Source: Acaryochloris marina S15 (GTDB lineage Bacteria; Cyanobacteriota; Cyanobacteriia; Thermosynechococcales; Thermosynechococcaceae). Taken from it: a DNA stretch of 32,000 nt. Location of the stretch: NCBI RefSeq assembly GCF_018336915.1, contig NZ_CP064923.1:1710001-1742000 (forward strand), read 5' to 3'. Both the position numbers and the translations under genes were made by a program. Positions 16,884 to 26,279 of the stretch are shown here, one piece after another. Every line of letters starts with the position of its first letter. Position 1 is the stretch's first letter. The notes under the pieces were generated by a model that did not search any database, had not been told where the DNA came from, and was given only the letters and a program-made list of their open reading frames with translations.

Positions 16884-18341
16884 GTGACCGTTCGAGTTCG
16901 TATCGCCCCTAGTCCAACGGGGAACCTTCATATTGGCACTGCTAGAACTGCAGTCTTTAATTGGCTATATGCTCGCCACCACCAGGGCACCTTCATCCTT
17001 CGGGTTGAAGATACGGATGAGGAGCGATCGCAACCGGAATACACCGAAAATATTCTGGAGGGTTTGCGCTGGTTGGGGATGGAATGGGATGAAGGCCCCT
17101 ATTTCCAGTCTGAACGCCTGGACTTGTATCGGAATGCGATTCAAAAGCTGCTCGATCAAGGACTCGCCTATCGCTGCTACTGCACGACAGAAGAGCTAGA
17201 TGAGATGCGAGGGGCTCAAAAGAAGCGGAATGAAGCGCCTCGTTATGATAATCGGCATCGCAATTTAACAGCAGAGCAAGAGGCTGCTTTTCAGGCCGAA
17301 GGCCGTCAGCCGGTCATCCGCTTCAAGATTGAGGATAATCAGTCGATTACCTGGAAGGACTTGGTCCGCGGCCCGATGCATTGGCAGGGACGAGATCTGG
17401 GGGGCGATATGGTAGTTGCGAGAGCCACGGCCTCTGGCGAAGTGGGACAACCCCTCTATAACTTGGCGGTGGTTGTGGACGATATGGATCTGAAGATCAC
17501 TCATGTGATTCGAGGAGAAGACCATATTGCCAATACGGCCAAACAGATTTTGCTGTATCAAGCCTTTGGCGGTACGGTTCCTGAATTTGCCCATACCCCT
17601 TTGATTTTGAATAAGGAGGGGCGGAAGCTTTCGAAACGAGATGGGGTGACCTCTATCTCTGATTTTCAGGAGATGGGGTTTTTGGCTCCATCCTTAGCGA
17701 ACTATATGACGCTGTTGGGCTGGTCTCCCCCTGATGCGACCCAAGAAATTTTTAGCCTTAGTGATGCGGCAGCCCAGTTTGACTTTGAACGGGTGAATAA
17801 GGCGGGAGCCAAGTTTGATTGGGATAAATTGGATTGGATCAGTAGTCAATATCTGCATGAGCTGCCCCTAGCTGAGTTGGCTGATGCGTTGATTCCCTAT
17901 TGGCAAGCTGCGGATTATGACTTTGATCCGGTTGCAGATCGACCTTGGGTGGACCAAGTGACGGCATTGATTCAGCCTAGTTTGGTTAGACTCAAGGATG
18001 TGACTGAGATGACGCAGTTTCTGTTTACCCATGAGCTGACCTGGACGGAGGATGCTCAAAAGCAGTTGAGTCAAGAAGGGGTGGCTGTAGCCTTGCAAGG
18101 GGTGATCGACCCGCTCGCTGCTGTGGAAGGAGCTGAATTGTCGGCAGAAACGGCGAAATCGTTTATTAATTCGACGGTGAAGGAGAACAAGCTGAAGAAG
18201 GGATTGGTGATGAGATCGCTTCGTGCTGCACTAACGGGAGATATGAAGGGGCCTGATTTGATGGAGTCTTGGTTATTGCTCCATCAGCGAGGAGAAGATT
18301 TAAAGCGGCTCCAACAAGCGCTAAAAATCGCTAGTGCATAA
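16884..18341 (+). CDS. gltX: Glutamate--tRNA ligase (GluRS)
   Basis: GTG start. Class I signatures are present: [14 protein letters not shown] (HIGH) and KLSKRD (KMSKS). The protein is 485 aa and typical of GluRS throughout ([17 protein letters not shown]). Confidence 0.95.
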   Translation: MTVRVRIAPSPTGNLHIGTARTAVFNWLYARHHQGTFILRVEDTDEERSQPEYTENILEGLRWLGMEWDEGPYFQSERLDLYRNAIQKLLDQGLAYRCYCTTEELDEMRGAQKKRNEAPRYDNRHRNLTAEQEAAFQAEGRQPVIRFKIEDNQSITWKDLVRGPMHWQGRDLGGDMVVARATASGEVGQPLYNLAVVVDDMDLKITHVIRGEDHIANTAKQILLYQAFGGTVPEFAHTPLILNKEGRKLSKRDGVTSISDFQEMGFLAPSLANYMTLLGWSPPDATQEIFSLSDAAAQFDFERVNKAGAKFDWDKLDWISSQYLHELPLAELADALIPYWQAADYDFDPVADRPWVDQVTALIQPSLVRLKDVTEMTQFLFTHELTWTEDAQKQLSQEGVAVALQGVIDPLAAVEGAELSAETAKSFINSTVKENKLKKGLVMRSLRAALTGDMKGPDLMESWLLLHQRGEDLKRLQQALKIASA

Positions 18342-18897
18342 ACTACTGGTCTGAAGTGGCAACATTTCGATCTTTTGTCTTTGAATCAAGACCATTGTAT
18401 TGGCGGAATGCTGGATCTCTATGGATGGGTTTTGGCATTCCTCATCAAGGGTTTTTGCTAGATCGATCGCTATGGAGACTGGCGCTTGATCTCCTAATTC
18501 CTGGCGAACTTAAGGAAGAGTTGGTTGTCCAGTCTTAATAGGACTTGGAGGTGGCTTTGAGTATATGCGATCGCATCTCGAAACTTTCTCCTAGAACATT
18601 GTCATTGCAGACCGGGTGAGCAGGACGTATATCGTCATAATAGATGCCGACCCAAGGCATGACTTAAGCGCTCCACATACAAAAATCAGGTTTGACATGG
18701 CCAGTCAGCTCAGTAGTCAGAACCAAGGCGATTTGTTCAAGCAGTGGATCTAGGACTTGAACAGGTGTGGAGTAATTGGCAATATTCAAAGACCTGAATT
18801 TTCCTGAATAAAACAGGATTGTTTCGGCTTGAGAGTTTCGCGATAGTGAGGACAAGTTAAACAACTTACTTCCTTCAACTAAACGAGGTTCTGAACA

Positions 18898-19209
18898 ATG
18901 ACTCAATACCAAAGCACTCCCACCAAAGTACTACTGAGCGCAGGTTTATTTTCTGTATGTCTAATGACTGCTTCAACACAAAAGGCACTGAGTAAAACGA
19001 CAGAACCGATACAACCTCTGCTAACAACCATTGCTCCCACTACACTAGAACATCAAAATCTTTCTGCCGTAAACTTTGGGCAGAATAGGCTTGCCCCTAA
19101 CACTTTGCAAGATGCTAAAGCTGTGAATAAGATTGAAGGCCAAGGAAAAGTCGCTTTTTTCCGATTTTGGCGTCGTCGTTTCCTTCGTCGTCGTCGGGGG
19201 TGGTGGTAA
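18898..19209 (+). CDS. Small secreted protein with C-terminal Arg/Trp/Phe-rich tail
   Basis: ATG with GAGG about 11 nt upstream. The N-terminus is signal-peptide-like (KVLLSAGLFSVCLMTASTQKALS). The protein is 103 aa and ends in FFRFWRRRFLRRRRGWW. I recognise no homologue, so coding status is moderate. Confidence 0.5.
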   Translation: MTQYQSTPTKVLLSAGLFSVCLMTASTQKALSKTTEPIQPLLTTIAPTTLEHQNLSAVNFGQNRLAPNTLQDAKAVNKIEGQGKVAFFRFWRRRFLRRRRGWW

Positions 19210-19297
19210 TTTTAATAGCAGTCTACCCAGCCGCTTGAAAATTGCATGAATTAGGAGGATGACGTAACAGAAAATAGAATGACACTAAAGGTGAAGC

Positions 19298-19326
19298 TAG
19301 CCCCAGGTTCTTGTGATTTGGGGCTA
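19298..19326. terminator. 8-bp stem hairpin between convergent genes (TAGCCCCA / TGGGGCTA, 13-nt loop)
   Basis: Read directly: arms at 19298-19305 and 19319-19326. No clear T tract on either side, so function is uncertain. Confidence 0.3.
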
Positions 19327-19399
19327 TTAACCTCATTAAGACTAAGTGATATCGAAAGTGAGCTTGCAGAACTAACTCACTATGATTCAGAGTAATATC

Positions 19400-20813
19400 C
19401 TATTCACTGCCCACCAGATAAGACAATGCATCATCGATTAAGGTCTCTACAGTCCCACGACTTAAAGAGGGTTCAGAGTAAGCAAAATTGAAGATCATCT
19501 TATCTCTGAAAGTAGCGACTGCGGCAAAGAATAACCCTCCAAATATTCCTTGAGATGGCAGGAAACTGATTTCTTCGAGTTCTAGAGGGCCATAATTCAC
19601 AGGAATATTAATTTTTCCGCCATTAGTCACTTCAACAGTTACTCCCTTCCCGCCATAAGATTGTGCATCTAAATATCATTGAAATTCTTATTTATCAAGA
19701 ATCTGAATACCCAATCTTATGCTGGGATGGGAGTAAAGGGGCTTTTTGAGTTAAAGAAGATTGATTAGGCTCAACCAGTAGATCGTTGAACATCTCATTA
19801 AACATAGTCAAAATATGAAACATCTCACCACGGTTAAGACTTTGTTCAATGGCTTGCTTTACTTCTCTGGCTAATTGCCAGAAATCAGTACGATCAGTGA
19901 TGGAGTGAAAGGTTGCTACCGCAGATGCTAACCCTCCTAGGTCTTCATCCCCTATGGCAGGCGAGAGACGCCTTCTTAAATCCACCATGGAACGACAAGC
20001 GAAAGATAAATTCTTTATTTCAGATATTTTTAAGTGGTTCGCCACTGCCAACAACATGGCGGCACATAAGGCTCCTTGAACGGTTGTCTTTTCAGTTCGA
20101 CATTTCTTCAAGAGGGCTCTGGTCAGTCTAGGTTCAATTTGCCTGTGAATAATATTACAAGTTCGTTCTTCTACGGGCACAAATTTTTCGAAACTAAGTG
20201 CTTTTGGTCTGAAATAAAACTGTTTTAGTACGGCTCTCATTAACCACAGCACACCAGAAAACTTTCCTCTATATCCCTTATATTCATCGGGGAGCATTGC
20301 TTCCAGAGAGGGCAGGAAGGGGAGCGCTGGGATCTGGGATGGAAGCGCTTTTCCGTCTTGTATGTCCCCACAATAACGGAGTAGCTCTGAATGTAGTGAA
20401 GTCGTTGATATTCCATCACTAATGGCATGATGCACGGTTGTAATGAGATGACTAATATTGTGGTCGGCGTGACAAATTAATGTTGTTCTCCAGAGAGATT
20501 GGCTGCTGTTAAGGGATTGATTGAGTTCCTCGAGAACCACTTGCTGCCAAGTTTCCTGATCAACAGCTTCTATTACCCGAAGGGAAACACTCCCCTCAAC
20601 CCTTTTTTTGAAAACCAACTGACCTACCGGGCCATCAATACAGCACTGGAGCTGAGGATGACGTTTCTCAGCCATTTTTAAGGCATGTTCTAGTGTTTGT
20701 CTTGAGATAGAGCCTTTGACTTTACTAATCGTCACTACATTGAGGGAACTAGCAATCTGATTAAAGATTTCGAACCCTTCTTCAAGAGGTGATAGGGGGC
20801 GAATCAGTTTCAT
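19400..20813 (-). pseudogene. Stand-alone condensation-domain (HHxxxDG) acyltransferase, interrupted by a 22-bp stop-rich insert (19676-19697)
   Basis: The 372-aa ORF (19695-20813) has a good SD (GAGGAG) and contains the catalytic motif HHAISDG. A downstream ORF in the +1 frame is open from 19675 to 19403 (91 codons). Its track version is 76 aa, 19400-19630. The two ORFs are separated by TGATAAATAAGAATTTCAATGA, which has stops in all three frames. Removing these 22 nt gives one 463-aa ORF, the usual size for such proteins. Confidence 0.55.
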
Positions 20814-21206
20814 GGTTAATCAGTCTCCTCTCAGAAGAAAAACTTTGGGCAGAATGAAAATGTCTTGAGTGCTTGAAGAGTTGTTCGCGGGGATAACCCT
20901 TCAATGACCCCTAATACCGGTTTAGTTCATTCATTAAACGTCTTATCTACTAACCCGCTTGTAGTATTCGTTTCATGATGAGCTACTCACTCAATTTGTG
21001 CTGTGATCTGACTTGGGATTTTTGTCCTCTGCCCCATTGGCAGCTTAATGATGTAAGAAGTCTACTAACCGTTGCAAGAAATCTAGGATTCAAAGACTAA
21101 CTCCAAACCAAGGCTGGCAAAAAATAGGTGCATTGAGCCTGTGTGGGGTGTACCTGGTGAAGAAAATATGGACTGAAATTATCGCTAATGTCCCTGGGAG
21201 ACATGA

Positions 21207-24200
21207 TCAAGACTGACTAATTGCACCGAGGAATTTCAGCATTTCTTGTTGGGGAGGCGTCAAGTTTTGGCAGTTGGAAATGTTTAAGCCTTCACAGAGA
21301 CGGTCGGCCCGCCAAGTCTCCCGGCAAGTTCCGGTCTGCACATCCCAAAACCTGAGTTCCAAGTCACTGCTCCCTGTCACCAAGGTTTGACCGTCTGGGC
21401 TAAATTCAACAGCCGTGGACCAGCTCGGATGTCCAGATAGCTTAGCCAGGCATTGACCCGTTTCCACCGACCATAATCGGGCCGTTTCATCTTTGCTACA
21501 GCTCGCCACGGTTTGCCCATCGGGGCTAAAGACAACCCCCATCACCCAATCTGTATGGTCGGTTAAGACATGGAGACATTTCCCCGTGTCCACATCCCAG
21601 ATTCGGACGGTTTGATCTGCTCCACCTGTGACAATGCGATTGCCCTGGGGGCTCCAGGCTACATACCAAGCCCAAAATGGGTGCCCAACTAGGGTCTGGG
21701 ATAAGGTTGCAGATGGAACATCATAAATCTGTACATTGGCATCAAATGAACCAATGGCGATCTGTTGACCATTCGGGCTCCAGCTTAAACCACTGACAAA
21801 ATGTCCGGGGATGGCCTGGACCACCTGCCCCTTGGCAACATCCCAGAGTCGCCAGGTGCCATCCCAACTGCCGCTGGCGAGCCACTGACCATCTGGACTA
21901 AAGGCGAGGGAGGCGATGGTGGCTCCATGGCCGGGTAATACCCGCAGGACTTCTCTGGTGGCGACATCCCACAGCCGAATTTGCTGATCATTGCCCGCGC
22001 TCGCTAGCAGATGACCCTGGGGATGGAAGGTTAGTCCATAGACCCAGCCCTGATGTTGCCAGTAGGTTTGATAGGTCCCTGTTTCTACTTGCCAAAAGCG
22101 AATGGCCCCATCTGTACTCCCACTCACGACCGTTTGGCCATCCGGACTATGGCGAATACATAAGGTGCTGTTGATTTGCGCCTGCCAGGATTGTAGGGCC
22201 TGACCCGTGGTTAAGTCCCACAGCCGAATCATGGGTTCATCTCCCCCACTGACTAACAGGTCTCCCTGGGGATGACAGGCCACACTATAGATGCAGCTGT
22301 GGTGTCCAAGCAGGCGACGCTGGCAGATGCCTGTGTCTAAATTGGTGATACAGATGGTGCTGTCTAGCCCCGCACTGACCACAGCGGATTGATGGGGAAG
22401 GAACGATGCGGAAAAAATGGCTTGGGTATGGGGGGTGAGGACCTGAACGCATTGACCGGAGCTGACTTTCCAGATACGGAGGGTGCGATCGCATCCTCCA
22501 CTCACCAACCACTGACCATCGTCACTAAAGGCCACTGCCCGCAGCCAATCCGTATGGCCTTTAAGAGTACGCAGACAGCGACCTGTTTCTAGGTCCCAAA
22601 GTTTGACGGTGGCATCATGACTGGCACTGGCTAGGGTGTGGCCATCGGGGCTGAGGGCGATTGCCCAGATCCCTTGCTCATGACCTTTGATAATTTGCAA
22701 ACAGTCTCCAGTTTGCAGATTCCAGATGCGCCAGGTCCGATCTTCCCCAGCACTGATCAGTCGCTGGCCATCGGGATGTATCACCACCGATCGTATGCAG
22801 TCTGTATGGCCTGTGAAAATGCTCAGACATTGCCCCGTATCTACCTGCCATAGTCGAATAGTTTGATCTTCGCTCCCGCTGGCCAGGACGGAGCCATCGA
22901 TACTAAAGGCTAGGGACCAAACATTATTTTCATGGCCTTTGAATATGCCGATGGCTTGGCTGCCTTGTTTGGGATTTTTCACATCCCACAGCATGATCAC
23001 ATTGGCGAAATGGCCCGTTGCTAGTCGTTCTCCTTGGGGATCAAAGGCGGCGGTGGCGACATGGGGAAAGGCGGTGGCAAAGACCGTATCTTTGAGGTCG
23101 GCTCCAGTCATATTCACTTTGATCAGGGCTGTATCCCGGAAATCGGCTTGCCAGAGGGCGAGCTGGGATAGATCGATGCCGGTTAGGTCCACCTGTAACT
23201 GCACGAGTAGATTGAGGCAATTGCCAGCGGCGTAATCTCTGTGGTTGGCGAGCTGCTTCACTCGGTCTCGCAACTGGGTCTCGATGGCGGTGGTGGTTTG
23301 CAGCTTTGACAAGAGTAGGTGGATTACGGGTTGTAGAATCACCTGGCGTTGGCTGTGTCGGATGCCATCTTTGGCTTGGGCTTTGAGCAGGGCATGGCTA
23401 TGTAAACGGGATGGTTCTGTCTTTTCTGGCTGCAAAAGACTGTGGCCGATGTCTTCAATTAATCGCTGAGTCACATATTCCATCAACACCGGTTGCAGGG
23501 TGAATTGGGGTAGTTCAGTGCCAGATTTGATCACCACACATAAAGACCGTCGTCGGAGGGCCTCCATGGCTTCCAGTAATTTCGGCATGGCCACAGGAAA
23601 CACCAAATCATGACGCAGATCCGCTAGGGCCAGGGGGGCACGATTTATGGCCAACCAGTACATGACGTCCTGTTCTAGGGGAGACAGGCGTTGAAACTGC
23701 TGATCGAGGAGGATGCGAAAACCGTTAAAGACAGTGATGCCTTCTGCTAAAAAGGCTTGTACGTCTCCAGCAAAAATATCTTGAATTGCCGTGGCCACGA
23801 TTTTGAGGCCCAAGGGATGGCCTTCGTAAAACTGGATCAGCTTGTGGAAGCCATCCGTATTTCCTGTTAATCCTTTTTGGGTGAGCAAGGGTAAGGCTTT
23901 TTCCGGTTCCAGTCCGGCCATGGCTAAGGCCCGGACAGTGGGGCCTTCTAGTTCCGCTAGGGTGGCGGGCTTTTCGCGACTGGTGATTACTAGGCAGCTT
24001 TGATGAGGGGTTTCACCTAGCGATCGCAACAGGGTTTCATAGCCTAGATAGTCCGGTTTATGTTGGCCTGCCTGGGGATGAGCATAGTCCGCTCCACTCT
24101 CCAGCAAAGTCTCCCAGTTATCCAACACCAATAAACAGCGATGCTGCCGCAGATAGGTCATCAATTGCGATAGCAGGGTTTGGGGCGGGCTGATGCGGGT

Positions 24201-24788
24201 CAGTTCTGGATCTAGAGATTGCAAGATATCCACCAGCAAGTCTTCATTTTTGGGGCCATGGCGAACTGAGCGCCAAACGACCGCTTCAAACTCAGAGTGC
24301 AGATGTTTAACCAGCTTTACCGATAGAGAGGTTTTGCCGATACCGCCGATTCCTAGCAGGGCCACGAGCTGACAGCGTTCGGTGCCTAACCATTGACTGA
24401 GGGTGGCGAGTTCTTGAATGCGGCCATAGAAGTTGGAAATATCGACCGCTTCTCCTAAATCCAGTCGGTGATCAGCAGATGCTGAATTTGCTAGGGCTTT
24501 TTCTGGACTGGATTTAGCTTCAGGGCGGCGAAAGTCTTCTTCTTGCAGGGGTAGCTTAAAGGCGGTAAAGAACAAAGATAGGGTGCGTTTATCCAGTCCT
24601 ACTTCTCCGTCAAGGACTTTGGCAACGGTTTTGGCATCGAGCTGGGTGCGGTCGCTGAGGTCTTGCAGGGTATAGCGGCTATCTTGATTGTCCTGAGCTT
24701 CGCTGTCCTGAATGGCGGCTCGTAACCGCTCTAAGCCAATGCTGGTTAGAACGACGCCTCGTCTTCGCCTTTGCGGTGATTGCGGCAT
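21207..24788 (-). CDS. STAND NTPase: N-terminal HTH-like segment - NB-ARC-type P-loop - pentapeptide-repeat stretch - 14 WD40 repeats
   Basis: I prefer the ATG at 24788 to the track's TTG at 24809. Residue numbers below follow the track ORF. The HTH-like segment is YTLQDLSDRTQLDAKTVAKVLDGE (res ~46-69). Walker A is LLGIGGIGKTSL (res 151-162) and Walker B is CLLVLDNWE. The pentapeptide-like stretch is DLTGIDLSQLALWQADFRDTALIKVNMTGADLKDTVFA (res ~540-580). There are 14 diverged GH...WD units (res ~583-1165). The C-terminal tail is CEGLNISNCQNLTPPQQEMLKFLGA. Confidence 0.9.
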   Translation of the reverse strand: MPQSPQRRRRGVVLTSIGLERLRAAIQDSEAQDNQDSRYTLQDLSDRTQLDAKTVAKVLDGEVGLDKRTLSLFFTAFKLPLQEEDFRRPEAKSSPEKALANSASADHRLDLGEAVDISNFYGRIQELATLSQWLGTERCQLVALLGIGGIGKTSLSVKLVKHLHSEFEAVVWRSVRHGPKNEDLLVDILQSLDPELTRISPPQTLLSQLMTYLRQHRCLLVLDNWETLLESGADYAHPQAGQHKPDYLGYETLLRSLGETPHQSCLVITSREKPATLAELEGPTVRALAMAGLEPEKALPLLTQKGLTGNTDGFHKLIQFYEGHPLGLKIVATAIQDIFAGDVQAFLAEGITVFNGFRILLDQQFQRLSPLEQDVMYWLAINRAPLALADLRHDLVFPVAMPKLLEAMEALRRRSLCVVIKSGTELPQFTLQPVLMEYVTQRLIEDIGHSLLQPEKTEPSRLHSHALLKAQAKDGIRHSQRQVILQPVIHLLLSKLQTTTAIETQLRDRVKQLANHRDYAAGNCLNLLVQLQVDLTGIDLSQLALWQADFRDTALIKVNMTGADLKDTVFATAFPHVATAAFDPQGERLATGHFANVIMLWDVKNPKQGSQAIGIFKGHENNVWSLAFSIDGSVLASGSEDQTIRLWQVDTGQCLSIFTGHTDCIRSVVIHPDGQRLISAGEDRTWRIWNLQTGDCLQIIKGHEQGIWAIALSPDGHTLASASHDATVKLWDLETGRCLRTLKGHTDWLRAVAFSDDGQWLVSGGCDRTLRIWKVSSGQCVQVLTPHTQAIFSASFLPHQSAVVSAGLDSTICITNLDTGICQRRLLGHHSCIYSVACHPQGDLLVSGGDEPMIRLWDLTTGQALQSWQAQINSTLCIRHSPDGQTVVSGSTDGAIRFWQVETGTYQTYWQHQGWVYGLTFHPQGHLLASAGNDQQIRLWDVATREVLRVLPGHGATIASLAFSPDGQWLASGSWDGTWRLWDVAKGQVVQAIPGHFVSGLSWSPNGQQIAIGSFDANVQIYDVPSATLSQTLVGHPFWAWYVAWSPQGNRIVTGGADQTVRIWDVDTGKCLHVLTDHTDWVMGVVFSPDGQTVASCSKDETARLWSVETGQCLAKLSGHPSWSTAVEFSPDGQTLVTGSSDLELRFWDVQTGTCRETWRADRLCEGLNISNCQNLTPPQQEMLKFLGAISQS

Positions 24789-24868
24789 GAGGTTGCGATC
24801 GCACAACAATACCCTTCAAACACCAGGGTATACCTATTCACCGAGTTGTGGCTTGCTCTATCTCACAG

Positions 24869-25531
24869 TCAAACTACTGCAACGGGATAGCCAATTTCCT
24901 GGATATCTTCCAGCAGATCTGCAACTAGCAGCTCAGGATTCAACGGATGAATCATGGTCTGGGTGAGAGGGAAATGCTGATAGATCTGCTGGACTACATT
25001 CGTGTCAATGGAGCACTCATAATAGGCTTCAGCCCACTGTTGATAAGTATTAGGTTGGTGATCAAATATTGTGAGCAGCTCCATTGACCCATCTGGATCA
25101 GAGCCTTCTGGAAAGTTAATAGATCCCCGCTGCCACTGGGAATCTGAAGTCTGACGCCAAAGACAAAACGTCGTATCTTCAATTGAAAAAGCTGGTTCAT
25201 CCAGACTTGCTTGGAGTTCAGAAGGAATATTCTCAAAGAGTCCAGGCCATAGTTGGGGCGGTTCTGTCTGATAGGGACTCATCACCGATTCGTGGGCAAA
25301 TCCTTTGAGAAAGCAGCCATTGGGACTGAAAAGTGCAAAGAGGAAGTCTCCACTCCCATCGCGCATTGATCCGAGTTGTTCGTTTGGGTGCCAATGGGTA
25401 TCAAAAGAGTAATACCGATCTTCCCAATCGGGAGACAAGATGGCATCCAATATTGCTAGAGACTGCATCAGCCTTCTTAACTCTTTTACCCCTGGTAATG
25501 GGCCAAGATTTTGAGTAGAAATTGGCATCAT
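24869..25531 (-). CDS. Hypothetical acidic cytoplasmic protein, 220 aa (no family recognised)
   Basis: An uninterrupted ORF with an ATG start, sitting 61 nt downstream of the methyltransferase gene and 80 nt upstream of the HTH-STAND gene on the same strand. It has no TM segment or signal peptide. D/E greatly outnumber K/R. Confidence 0.7.
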   Translation of the reverse strand: MMPISTQNLGPLPGVKELRRLMQSLAILDAILSPDWEDRYYSFDTHWHPNEQLGSMRDGSGDFLFALFSPNGCFLKGFAHESVMSPYQTEPPQLWPGLFENIPSELQASLDEPAFSIEDTTFCLWRQTSDSQWQRGSINFPEGSDPDGSMELLTIFDHQPNTYQQWAEAYYECSIDTNVVQQIYQHFPLTQTMIHPLNPELLVADLLEDIQEIGYPVAVV

Positions 25532-25592
25532 CAGTTTACTAATTGAAATCTGCCCTGGGTGGGTAACCAGAAATGGGTTGTCTTTTTACTGT

Positions 25593-26216
25593 TTAAGAGG
25601 GCTTTTTCGCCACAATAAAAACAACTTTGTCATTGCCGGGTTGCCATTGGTGGTCAATCTTAAAATGAGCATCCGTCAAACTATCTGCGAGTTCTTGCAC
25701 CGTAAAGACTTTGACTAACGGGAAAAGTCCCAAGAACTTGCCAATGGGGGCAATCCATTTAAACCAGGCCATCTTATCTCCCAGGCAGACTGTACTGGTG
25801 ACGAAAATGCCACCGGGCTTGAGCATGTCAAACACCTTAGCAATGACCGCTTCCTTATCTTCTAATAAATGCAGAATACTCAGGCCTAAGACTGCATCAA
25901 GGGTCTGATAGGGGATATCTAGCTCATCAATACTGGACTGTTCAAAGGTGAGGTTAGGGATATTTTGGGCAGCGGCTCTAGTCTGAGCGATATCAATCAT
26001 ATTGGCAGAGAAATCAATGGCTCGAATATGTTTGACATAAGGAGCATGGACGATTGCCGTTGATCCAGTACCGCAGCCAATCTCCAAGACTTCCATGCTG
26101 GGCTGAAAGTATTCTTGGGTAACTTGTAACTTTTTCTCGTAGGCTGCTACATCTGCAATGGGTTGTTTCAAATATCGGTCAGCAATTTTGTCCCAAAACT
26201 TCGCAGACTGTCCCAT
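25593..26216 (-). CDS. Class I SAM-dependent methyltransferase
   Basis: ATG is preceded by AAAGGAGAACGGGT (SD). Motif I is VLEIGCGTGSTA, and post-I/II-like motifs are AIDFS and LKPGGIF. The 207-aa size is typical of small-molecule Methyltransf_11/25-type enzymes. Confidence 0.85.
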   Translation of the reverse strand: MGQSAKFWDKIADRYLKQPIADVAAYEKKLQVTQEYFQPSMEVLEIGCGTGSTAIVHAPYVKHIRAIDFSANMIDIAQTRAAAQNIPNLTFEQSSIDELDIPYQTLDAVLGLSILHLLEDKEAVIAKVFDMLKPGGIFVTSTVCLGDKMAWFKWIAPIGKFLGLFPLVKVFTVQELADSLTDAHFKIDHQWQPGNDKVVFIVAKKPS

Positions 26217-26279
26217 ACCCGTTCTCCTTTAATTGACGGAAGATCGTTGCAAATTGCCGACAGCGATTCGCTGCTGTTT

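Noticed and set aside
18356-18912. ORFs 18356-18538 (+) and 18664-18912 (-), plus a 45-aa minus-strand ORF just downstream (MPWVGIYYDDIRPAHPV...). This could be a frameshifted gene remnant.
   Set aside because: I could not match either piece to any family, and the frames do not join into a convincing protein. I left the region unannotated. A BLASTX of 18342-18912 would settle it.
20940-21075. Two copies of TCTACTAACC 113 bp apart in the intergenic region upstream of the condensation gene.
   Set aside because: It is only a 10-mer with no extended similarity around it, so it may be chance.
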